A stretch of 38,555 bases of DNA from a virus, in the IMG/VR virus record IMGVR_UViG_3300020122_000242, positions 1 through 38,555 of that record; one strand, given 5' to 3'. The position numbers and the translations under genes are program-made. Below are positions 8,387 through 16,375 of this stretch, one piece after another (the stretch's first letter is position 1; each line of letters begins with the position of its first letter). The notes beneath the pieces are model-generated. The model was not told the origin of the DNA. It did no database searches and was given only the letters and a program-made list of their open reading frames with translations.

Positions 8387-9946
8387 CTAGGCCCCCTTCC
8401 GCAGCACGACCTTTTCGCCGGTCAGACAGAATGGTGCGGCATCGGCCATCGTCAGCGCCACCACATTGTCCCGCGCGATCCCCAAGCGCAGGAAGCGCGT
8501 GCGCGCCAAATAGCCGCCCGCCTTCCCGAGCTTTGCCTTGAGCGCCGTTCCGAAGGTCGCGCCCTTGTCCCGGCTGATTTCCAGCATTATGGTCGGGTCA
8601 TCGCCGGGCGGAAGCGTGCGGCCCACCCCCTGCTGAAAGTCGAACTGCAATTCGCTCGCGACCATCGTGGCATCGCTGTCGAAGAGATGCGCGCTTACAA
8701 CCTTACGAATCAGAGGATAATTCGTGACGGTCGTCCCATTCACGATGCGCTGATCCTGGTAGAGATTGTTCGCCATCACCGATGGATCCAGCAAGTTCCC
8801 GGTCTGGCCTAGCTTGTAGAGATTGCCGTCGAGAATGTCGGTCATGAGCGTGTCGCTGCCGAATTTTACGGCGAACAGGCCTCGGTCATAGGCATAGCCA
8901 TAGCTGAAACGCTCCGACCAGCGCCCCGTCTTGCTGTCCCATTCCCAGGTTTTGCCCGCGGTCGGAAAACTCAGGCGGTAGATGCGGTGCCCATCGACTT
9001 CGTACTGCGTGCCGACAGCGTCCGAGACCGTGGGATAAGCGAACTTATTGTTGATCGTCGCCACAAAGTCCGGTGGCGCGACGGTGTCATCGATCGCGAA
9101 GCCTTGTCCCGTGAGAATCGCGGGCTTCACTTGCCCGCCCTCGCTCTGCGCCAGGCAGAGAATCCCGCGCTCGCCGAAGACCACCGCCGAGGCGACCGCC
9201 GCCAAGCCATAGGGCAGCGCCGCGCCGGCAAGGTACGTGAAGGGGAAGGGTGCCGCGCCGGTGTCGCTCCAGAGTTCCGTGGTCAGCGTCCCCATCAGCG
9301 CCAGCCAGCCGCCCGCCTTGAAGGCGATCACGCGCACCAGGGGATCGCTCGCGAGGGACTTCAGGTTGAACTGAATCCCCGACCATCCGGTGAAGTCTCC
9401 CACATTGCTGATCTGCCAGACCTGCGCCGCCAGCGGATTGGTGCCGGGGACGCTTACAATCCCGAAGTTGTTGAGCGTGCAGCAGGTGCTCGCGCCCAGG
9501 AAGCCTGCGGCCGTGATCTGGGCGAGGGTGCCCTGTGCCTGTCCAGTGGCCGCGCTCGTTCCAAATATCTGGTAGTTGTAGGTCGCAAGGCTGTCGACGA
9601 TCAGCAATTGGTTGCCGTTGTCGTCCAGGTAGACGATTCCGTTGGTCGTCAGCAGCGCGCCCAGATCGGTGACCGCCCCGCCCAGGTCAATGCGCTTCAG
9701 GCGCTGCCCTACGACAGCATAGGCGTAGGGGAAGACCACCCGGACGCCGCGGCAGGGATTCGAGCCCAGATAGCCATAGCTCTGCTTTTCGGGGCATCCC
9801 CACAGGGTCAGCTTCGGCCGGTCGGGTGAATCTCCGGCGCGGTCGGTCTCCTGCTGAATGTCCCCATAGACATTGATCCAGCGCTGGGCCGTCACGGCCT
9901 GCGACCGCCCGAGGATCCCGACCCCGAAAATCTGCGGATTCCGCAT
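8387..9946 (-). CDS. Tail hub / gp10-like (P22 packaged-DNA stabilisation protein-like)
   Basis: 519 aa, in the position after the gp4-like adaptor. The C-terminal ..YLARTRFLRLGIARDNV.. resembles the R..W.R.G..R ending of P22 gp10-type proteins. Confidence 0.5.
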   Translation of the reverse strand: MRNPQIFGVGILGRSQAVTAQRWINVYGDIQQETDRAGDSPDRPKLTLWGCPEKQSYGYLGSNPCRGVRVVFPYAYAVVGQRLKRIDLGGAVTDLGALLTTNGIVYLDDNGNQLLIVDSLATYNYQIFGTSAATGQAQGTLAQITAAGFLGASTCCTLNNFGIVSVPGTNPLAAQVWQISNVGDFTGWSGIQFNLKSLASDPLVRVIAFKAGGWLALMGTLTTELWSDTGAAPFPFTYLAGAALPYGLAAVASAVVFGERGILCLAQSEGGQVKPAILTGQGFAIDDTVAPPDFVATINNKFAYPTVSDAVGTQYEVDGHRIYRLSFPTAGKTWEWDSKTGRWSERFSYGYAYDRGLFAVKFGSDTLMTDILDGNLYKLGQTGNLLDPSVMANNLYQDQRIVNGTTVTNYPLIRKVVSAHLFDSDATMVASELQFDFQQGVGRTLPPGDDPTIMLEISRDKGATFGTALKAKLGKAGGYLARTRFLRLGIARDNVVALTMADAAPFCLTGEKVVLRKGA

Positions 9947-9950
9947 CGGC

Positions 9951-10208
9951 CTACCAGCTCCCCTTGGGCTTCATCTGCATGTCGAGGGCGTCGTCCATGC
10001 GCGTGATCAGCGGCAGCCCGGGAATACTCAGGGTGCTTTCCGAGCCGTCGAGCGGGACTTCCAGCTCGTTCGCCAGCTCAACAAAGGCGAGCCGCGGCAG
10101 GCGCAGCTCCAAATGTTCCTCGGACAAGCGCGCCGGGCCGCCCCAGGTATGCCGGTGCAGGTTAAACTCCCGCACAAAAAGCTGATGAACTTCGTCTAGG
10201 CGGCTCAC
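9951..10208 (-). CDS. Hypothetical small protein (GTG start)
   Basis: 85-aa ORF filling the gap between the adaptor and hub genes. It has a GTG start and a weak SD. Confidence 0.4.
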   Translation of the reverse strand: MSRLDEVHQLFVREFNLHRHTWGGPARLSEEHLELRLPRLAFVELANELEVPLDGSESTLSIPGLPLITRMDDALDMQMKPKGSW

Positions 10209-10219
10209 GGTCTTACTCG

Positions 10220-10960
10220 CTAGGGCGCACTATTGGGGCGGTTGGTAAGAATGTTCAGGCCCACCGATCCCTGCGTGCCGCGCGGAAAATCGGTGCTGAG
10301 GGGCTTCATCTTGTTTGCCAGGTTGATGTTCTTGATCTTGCGCTTGGTCGTCTGCGCGGTCGCGATCATCTTGTCGGTGATCACCGCCGACGCGCCGAAC
10401 AGATCCGCCAGCAAGATCGCCAGGTTGTACCGGATCGCCAAGGCGAACCCGTTGGGCAACGTGAACTGGGTCAGCAAGGTCGGAAATTGCTGCATCACCT
10501 GATCGGTACGCACGAACTGTGTGTACGTGCTGACGTTCGGATTCGGCCAGACATTGAGCTGCCCGAGCGGTTGCTGCGGATCGTAGAACACCTGCGTCGG
10601 GTAGGTTCCAGGGGTATTCTTGACCGGAATCCGATCCCATTCGACTTCTTGCAGAATGTCCTGATAGATGTCGAAACCGTTGGGATCGCGCGTCCAGGCG
10701 GTGATGATCTGCGGAGGCCGGGTAGCATTGATGTCGCCGCCGGGCCCCCACGTGTAAAGTTGCTTGTTCGCCTGGTACGCAAAGCTCGTCACCAGGTGCG
10801 CCCAGATTAGCAGCGTCTCGAGCTGCCATGCGTCGGTCATCTCGTTCAGCAGATCCAGGACATCATTCGCATCGTCCTGCTGGGGCTGCTCTCCCTTCTG
10901 CAGGACTTGCGCGGACATCATGGCGTTGCGGATCAGGTCGCTGGCCGTATAGACGCGCAT
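10220..10960 (-). CDS. Head-to-tail adaptor, P22 gp4-like
   Basis: MRVYTASDLIRNAMMSAQVL..QQDDANDVLDLLNEMTDAWQ parallels the P22 gp4 N-terminus (..KGDLVRAALRKLGV..SMQDAVDDLEAMMAEWY). GGAAAGGGG lies upstream of ATG 10960. Confidence 0.6.
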   Translation of the reverse strand: MRVYTASDLIRNAMMSAQVLQKGEQPQQDDANDVLDLLNEMTDAWQLETLLIWAHLVTSFAYQANKQLYTWGPGGDINATRPPQIITAWTRDPNGFDIYQDILQEVEWDRIPVKNTPGTYPTQVFYDPQQPLGQLNVWPNPNVSTYTQFVRTDQVMQQFPTLLTQFTLPNGFALAIRYNLAILLADLFGASAVITDKMIATAQTTKRKIKNINLANKMKPLSTDFPRGTQGSVGLNILTNRPNSAP

Positions 10961-11000
10961 CGTTGCCGCCCCTTTCCGGGCCAGTCGACCGTTTCCGCCT

Positions 11001-11021
11001 GCTTTCCCAAGGACTTACCGC
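11001..11021 (-). promoter_or_regulatory. Conserved 21-nt intergenic motif, copy 2 (minus strand GCGGTAAGTCCTTGGGAAAGC)
   Basis: See 2609..2629. This copy lies 40 nt upstream of ATG 10960. Confidence 0.4.
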
Positions 11022-11052
11022 CTGCCGTGCCGCTGTGTTTCCGACGCGCTGC

Positions 11053-11619
11053 TTAGGCCGCCTCCACCATCTTCTGGGGCTTCGCGGCCCGCTCCCAGAT
11101 CGCGCGGCGCTTGATCGCGTCGCCGCCGGCCGCCTGGTCCATGGTCGGGAAGTAGCCCTTCGCCGTCCACATCTGCAGTTCCTCGGGCGTGCGGGCGATC
11201 TCATGTTTGAATTCCGGGTGATACATTGCCACATCGCCCACAGGCATCCCCGGGCGCGGGCCGTGCATCAGTGATTCTTTCTTGAGCATGGCGTCATGCC
11301 GCTGTTTCTGTTCGGCGCCATTCAGGGGGCGCATCTGGGCATTGCTCTGCAGCTCGGTCAATTGCTGCTGGATCGATCCCAGCGCGAGCCGCACGCTCTC
11401 GTCGATCGTGCCGGGAAGGGCTCCGGAGCCTGCCGCCGGTCCGGCGTTGACCGCCTCTTTCAATCCCTCCATATCCGCGCTCAGTCCGTTGACCAGCTCG
11501 GTCGTGCCATCCACGAAGCCCTGCAATTGCTTCATGGGCGCCTTGAGCGCTTCCGCGACCGCCGCCTTGATTGCTTCGGCCAATTCGGGGGAAAGCGCCG
11601 CCTTGTCTTTGTCAGCCAT
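11053..11619 (-). CDS. Hypothetical virion-module protein (coiled-coil N-terminus)
   Basis: ORF 11053..11706 trimmed to ATG 11619 (MADKDKAAL..), with AGGA 6 nt upstream. The longer version would run through the terminator. Confidence 0.6.
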   Translation of the reverse strand: MADKDKAALSPELAEAIKAAVAEALKAPMKQLQGFVDGTTELVNGLSADMEGLKEAVNAGPAAGSGALPGTIDESVRLALGSIQQQLTELQSNAQMRPLNGAEQKQRHDAMLKKESLMHGPRPGMPVGDVAMYHPEFKHEIARTPEELQMWTAKGYFPTMDQAAGGDAIKRRAIWERAAKPQKMVEAA

Positions 11620-11637
11620 GGGAAGTCCTCGATTCGG

Positions 11638-11671
11638 TGAAAGAAAAGCCCTCAGATTGAGCGCTGAGGGC
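11638..11671 (-). terminator. Intrinsic terminator after the coat/repeat-protein pair
   Basis: Minus strand reads GCCCTCAG-cgctcaat-CTGAGGGC followed by TTTTCTTTC. That is an 8-bp GC-rich stem, an 8-nt loop and a U-tract. Confidence 0.75.
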
Positions 11672-11725
11672 GCCGCTTGCGCGCCGCAGCCACCTGCGGT
11701 TACCACTCCCGCCGCAGGACGGGTC

Positions 11726-13492
11726 TTAGCTACCCTTGATCGCTGCCATCAGCACCAGGGCGTCGTACATCGCGACCAGCATGTTTTGCTGCTGGTAGGC
11801 TTGCTGATCCACTGGATAGAGCGTGCAGGATCCCGCCGAGCCCAGCGTCGAGCCCGACTGATCCGGACGTCCCATCAGGAGTGTGCACATCATCTGCGCC
11901 GGCACGACCCCTGCGCTCGCCGTCGGGTTGATGAAGACCACGGCCAGCGTGTTGGTAGCGCTCACCCGCACGCCGCCCACGCCGATCGAGGTCTGCAACG
12001 CCGAGCCCAGCCCCGCGGCGAAGCCCGTGGCCGCGCCCAGCTGCCCCGTGATCCCCACCGCCGCCGGCGCACTGTAGAAGTTCGCCAAGAGCGGGGAGGT
12101 CGCCACTAGCCCCGTGAGCGCGAATGTCTGCTCGGCGCTGGTGATGGTCGCCGTCGCGATCGGCGTAAAGAGCAGGGAGAACTGCGTGAAGATCTGCCCT
12201 ACCCCGCGCGCCGTCGGATCGACGTTGAACACCCAGACCTCGGAAGCCGTCGGGGTTGCGCCCGCTGCGTTCGGGTCGATTACCCCCAAAATCAGCGTAT
12301 TGGCCGCAGACACCCGGGCCGTCCATCCGCCCAAGTGCGCCTGCTCCGTGGGCTTGAAGATCCCCGTCACGCGATCCCCCACGGCTACCCCGTTTACCGT
12401 CAACGAGTAGGTCGTGGTGTCCGTGGCGGTCGCCGCGCCCAAGGTGCCGACGTTCACGAAGTACTGAATGTTCGGTGTGCGCAGGCTGATGCCGTTGCAA
12501 GCGAACCAGGTATACGTCTCATTCGTGGGCGTAATGCCCGCGACCGACGTGTTCATGAAGGCCAGGGAGATCGAGTTATTCCCCGAAACCCGCACGTTCA
12601 TCAGCGCCAAGCCCGCTTGGTCGGTGGGTTTGGTGGCGACGACCGTCTGTGGCAAGCGACCCACCGCAAAGGCCGGGATGTTGATGCCCGTCAGTCCCGG
12701 CATGGACGTTCCGGCCGGCACGGACGTCCCCGCCAGGATCGGCTGCGGCACGGCCGCCGTCGCTCCCGTCATGCTCAGAATCCCCGAGCTAAGGGCATGC
12801 TGGGCCGAGGCGAGTCCTTGACCCAGAACTCCGCCGAGCGTGCCAGCGGTCAGGGTGAAGGTGTATTCCGCCGTGGTCAGCGTGGGGGTTGCGCCCAGTC
12901 CCGTGAAGACCAGAGCCGCCGTCTGGAGCAAGGGCCCGCGGATCTCGGTCACGATGTAGACCTCAGAACCCGTCGGGGTGATGTTGCCCCCCGAGACGTT
13001 GCTGAACTTCACCTGCAACGTGTTGGCCGCCGAGACCCGCGCTGTGTGCGTGCCGAGGCCCGCCTGCGCTGTCGGCTTGTTAATGAACGCCAACGAACCC
13101 GCCGCCAGACCCGTCACCGTCAGAGCCTGCTCGACGGATGTGTTGGCGTTGACCGCCGCCGGGGATTGGCTGGTGAAGTAGACCACGACCGCCGACTGCC
13201 CGAGCGCATAGCTCGCCTGGGCCTGCAACGGATTGGTAGGCTGCGTGACCGGCCCTTGCGGGCCCGGGCCGTACACGCTGAACGCACAGTTCGCGTTGTT
13301 CATCGCGACTGTGCCGTCGGCCTGCGGCCCTTCCTCGCTCAATTGCTCGATTGTGCCGATTCCGCACCATCCCACCATGGACAATGGCGCGAAGGTCCAC
13401 CCGATGAGGCGGCCCCAGGCATCCGTGAATTTCATGGCCGTAAGCAGTAGCGCGACCAGCAGCCACTGCAGGGCCTTGAATGCGCGTTTCAT
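11726..13492 (-). CDS. Four-fold repeat-domain (beta-sandwich-like) virion protein with an N-terminal hydrophobic helix; possible decoration/fibre protein
   Basis: ORF 11726..13723 trimmed to ATG 13492 (AGGGAG 8 nt upstream). The N-terminus is MKRAFKALQWLLVALLLTAM. The core KPT.QAGL....ARVSA.NTL.V.F.N.S...(I/A)TPT..E occurs 4 times (12953-13078, 12503-12631, 12224-12355, 11873-12010). Confidence 0.65.
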   Translation of the reverse strand: MKRAFKALQWLLVALLLTAMKFTDAWGRLIGWTFAPLSMVGWCGIGTIEQLSEEGPQADGTVAMNNANCAFSVYGPGPQGPVTQPTNPLQAQASYALGQSAVVVYFTSQSPAAVNANTSVEQALTVTGLAAGSLAFINKPTAQAGLGTHTARVSAANTLQVKFSNVSGGNITPTGSEVYIVTEIRGPLLQTAALVFTGLGATPTLTTAEYTFTLTAGTLGGVLGQGLASAQHALSSGILSMTGATAAVPQPILAGTSVPAGTSMPGLTGINIPAFAVGRLPQTVVATKPTDQAGLALMNVRVSGNNSISLAFMNTSVAGITPTNETYTWFACNGISLRTPNIQYFVNVGTLGAATATDTTTYSLTVNGVAVGDRVTGIFKPTEQAHLGGWTARVSAANTLILGVIDPNAAGATPTASEVWVFNVDPTARGVGQIFTQFSLLFTPIATATITSAEQTFALTGLVATSPLLANFYSAPAAVGITGQLGAATGFAAGLGSALQTSIGVGGVRVSATNTLAVVFINPTASAGVVPAQMMCTLLMGRPDQSGSTLGSAGSCTLYPVDQQAYQQQNMLVAMYDALVLMAAIKGS

Positions 13493-13578
13493 GTGACGTG
13501 CTCCCTGTAGAGATTCCTTAACCGGCGTTAAGCCTGCGGCCCGCCGCACGCTGCGACGGGCTCCGGCGAAGGGGCTGC

Positions 13579-14988
13579 TTAGTTCGTCCAGCGGACGATC
13601 ATTTCCATGTACGCCAGGGCAATCGCGAAGCTGATGTCTGCCCGCAGGATTTCCTGGTTGTTCCGGATATCCGGCCCGAGCCAGACGCGCATCCCGATGC
13701 CTTTGTAATCCATCATCTGGCAATATTCGGACGCGATGGAGAGCACCTGCCGCAAGGTCGCGATGACGATCGCATCCTTGTAGGCGACCACATTCTCCGT
13801 GAAGCTCGTCCCCGAAGGTCCGGAATCCACGGTGATGGCCGCGCCATTGGCCGGGAAGCTGTCCACGGTCTGGAACTGTTGCTGCACGCCCGCGATGGGC
13901 GGGACGAGCGGGTTGCCCAACGGAATAAGCATGTTCCCGCCGGCATCCGCCGTGCAGGCCACCGTTCCCGGTTGTGCCGTCGGATTACTCGAAGGCGCGC
14001 CCACCACAAACTGGCGCGTGACCCCGCGACTGATCCGATTCTGAGGGTTGACGGCGTTGACGTTCGCGATGTGGAACACATCGCCCACATTAAGCGATGC
14101 GGCCGCAATCCAGCCGCTGGTCTGGAGCAACGATCCCGATTGACCGGGGCCGCTGACCTGCGGCGTGCTCGCATTGTTCCAGGCGCCGACCTGCCGCGTC
14201 GGGGTCGACTGGGACATATGCGCGGACTTCCACGACAGAATCGGCGGCATGGTTGCCATCTTCTGACCGGGCTCCGCCACGCTCGTGACGAAGTTGTTGC
14301 CCGCCATACTCGGGAGCCAAACGGCTTCGCCTGCTTCCGAGAGAATCGCGAACCGGCCCTTGCGCGGGCAGGCTTCCTCGTTCAGCCGCCGCTGGGGCAG
14401 CATCCCCGCCGCGACGCCCTGAATGGCCGTCGTGGCGCCTGTGCCGGGAGGGGAGCCGGGCGTCCCGACCAGATTGTAGGCCCCGAGCTGCGCCAGACCG
14501 ACGCGCCGGTCGAACTCGGACGCTAGGTTCGAAGCCGCCCGATCGCCCGCGCGGTCCCACCACTCGCTGAGCTTATCGCCCAGGATCAATTGCAGCTCGT
14601 CCATCGTCGGCGCCATGCCGATGTTGATCGGCGGCTGTACCGTCGCGAGGACGCTAGGCTCGGTCATCCCCTGCACTTGAATCGCATCCCCCTGCCCCGG
14701 CACGAAGCGCATGGGCTTGGGAATCTGGATCTGGGGGCCGTGCCGATCGTTCCAATCGTCCTTGTACTCGGTGTTGAAGTTGTTGGCGTACTCCAGCTCG
14801 TTGTAGAGGCCCGCGAGCATGAGCTTCGAGGCCTTCTGGAACTGGATCAGGTTGTCGGCGCCGCCCGCGATCGCGAAGCCCTGGGACATCCAGAGTCCTT
14901 CGGCGAAACGCGTGAACCAGGCGGGCGCGGACAAGAGCAGCATCCATCCGAGGATGCCGCGCATTGCGCTGCGCAGAAATGCTTTCAT
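13579..14988 (-). CDS. Major capsid protein, P22 coat-like
   Basis: It follows portal and scaffold. Size and ..VGDVFHIANVNAVNPQNRISRGVTRQFVV.. resemble the P22-type coat pattern (GD.I.F.GV........F.V). The start is uncertain. ATG 14988 (GAGGG 8 nt upstream) adds a hydrophobic leader. ATG 14889 (AAGGA 6 nt upstream) gives MSQGFAIAGG... Confidence 0.7.
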   Translation of the reverse strand: MKAFLRSAMRGILGWMLLLSAPAWFTRFAEGLWMSQGFAIAGGADNLIQFQKASKLMLAGLYNELEYANNFNTEYKDDWNDRHGPQIQIPKPMRFVPGQGDAIQVQGMTEPSVLATVQPPINIGMAPTMDELQLILGDKLSEWWDRAGDRAASNLASEFDRRVGLAQLGAYNLVGTPGSPPGTGATTAIQGVAAGMLPQRRLNEEACPRKGRFAILSEAGEAVWLPSMAGNNFVTSVAEPGQKMATMPPILSWKSAHMSQSTPTRQVGAWNNASTPQVSGPGQSGSLLQTSGWIAAASLNVGDVFHIANVNAVNPQNRISRGVTRQFVVGAPSSNPTAQPGTVACTADAGGNMLIPLGNPLVPPIAGVQQQFQTVDSFPANGAAITVDSGPSGTSFTENVVAYKDAIVIATLRQVLSIASEYCQMMDYKGIGMRVWLGPDIRNNQEILRADISFAIALAYMEMIVRWTN

Positions 14989-15268
14989 CGGGTAAGCCCT
15001 CAGAATCGCTCGCACCCGATTCGCCCAGAGGCGAACCACGGCGCGAAACCGTTAGCTACAAAGGTTTGGGATTCTGCAACGCTCCGCGAAACGCCGAAAA
15101 GCGAAGATCGGGCGGGTGCTCGACTTTTCCCGGTCGACAAGCGGGGACTGCGGACGCATGCCCTGGCGTCGTGGGCGGCACTTGATTCGAGGCGAGTGGG
15201 GAACCCGCCTCCCGGTCAACGAGCCGGTCTCCGGCGCTGCCCTGCGCCGCCGTACGGAATCGGAGGGG

Positions 15269-16363
15269 CTAAGTAATCTTCTGCCCCTTCTTCATGCCTT
15301 GGACAATGTCATCAATCGATCCTTCGGTCAACGATTTTCCGCCGCCGTTCTGCGTCCCCGGGAGACTTTCGCCAGGCGCGGGCGCGTTCGACTCGCGCCT
15401 GCCATTGCGAGAGACGGTTGCTTTGGGCTGGGCACGCGGCTTGCCGTCCGCCCCGAGACCTGCCGCTATACGCCCTTCAACCCGTCCCAACTCGGCGGCA
15501 ATCCGCCCGCGGGCCGCTTCCTGTGCGGCAGGCGTACTCGCGGACGGGGTGGCCAGCTTCACCAGCTTCGCAACATAGTCGTCGGGCGCGACGGCGAGGG
15601 CATGGGAGAGTGCCGCCGGTTGTTCAGCGACTTTAAGCATCCATCCCCAGGCAAACGCCTGCATGTCTCCGGCTAGTTTGTAGCGCTCAATTCCTGCAAT
15701 GTCTTTGTTGTATTGTTCCGGCGTTAGTTTTGAGGCGGCCAGGAATTCGGGAATACTCTTGTTCCTGTAATCCGAAAACCGCTGATCTTCCTCGGCCTGG
15801 AGTGCCGCCGCTGTCTTGGTGCTCTCGGCCTTGGCGTTGTCCGCCGCCGACTTCAGTCCGGTTTCGAATTGCTCTTTCTGCAAGTCCCACTTTGCCTGCG
15901 CCCGGATCAGCGCCGCGGCATCGTTATACTTGGGCTTGCCCTGGGCATCGACGTCGCTTTCCTTCGGCTCCGGGTTTGCCGCCGTCCATTCGGCCACGCT
16001 CCGTGCGCCCGGAACATCCGCCGCGGGAGCATCCTTCTTCGCCCCGCCATCAGTGAGGGCCTTGACCTGGCGCTCTAGTTCCTTGAAGTTCCCATAGAGC
16101 GAGTCATAGGCCGACTGCGGCACGAAGTTTTGTCCCGGCTCTGACTTAGCCGCGGGCTTGGGTTCATCCGCCTTCGCGACATCGGCCAAGGGCTCGATCG
16201 CGCCCTCGAGGATCTCGCCGCCTGCGCCACCCATCCCGACATGCACATCGTCCCCGAGTTGCGGAGCCGCCGGGGCTGAATCCCCGCCGCCACCCGCGCC
16301 GTCCGCAGCACTTTCGGCCATGTGGAACGTGGGGAACAGGAAGGGCTTGAACGCGTCGAACAT
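15269..16363 (-). CDS. Scaffolding protein
   Basis: 364 aa, Ala/Glu/Lys/Asp-rich and predicted helical. It lies between portal and coat. GAGG is 5 nt upstream of ATG 16363. Confidence 0.6.
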   Translation of the reverse strand: MFDAFKPFLFPTFHMAESAADGAGGGGDSAPAAPQLGDDVHVGMGGAGGEILEGAIEPLADVAKADEPKPAAKSEPGQNFVPQSAYDSLYGNFKELERQVKALTDGGAKKDAPAADVPGARSVAEWTAANPEPKESDVDAQGKPKYNDAAALIRAQAKWDLQKEQFETGLKSAADNAKAESTKTAAALQAEEDQRFSDYRNKSIPEFLAASKLTPEQYNKDIAGIERYKLAGDMQAFAWGWMLKVAEQPAALSHALAVAPDDYVAKLVKLATPSASTPAAQEAARGRIAAELGRVEGRIAAGLGADGKPRAQPKATVSRNGRRESNAPAPGESLPGTQNGGGKSLTEGSIDDIVQGMKKGQKIT

Positions 16364-16375
16364 GCTGACCTCGGA

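Noticed and set aside
13493-13723. 5' extension of ORF 11726..13723 overlapping the coat gene
   Set aside because: It would overlap the coat gene by 145 nt and its sequence is Arg-rich junk. A good SD plus ATG lies at 13492.
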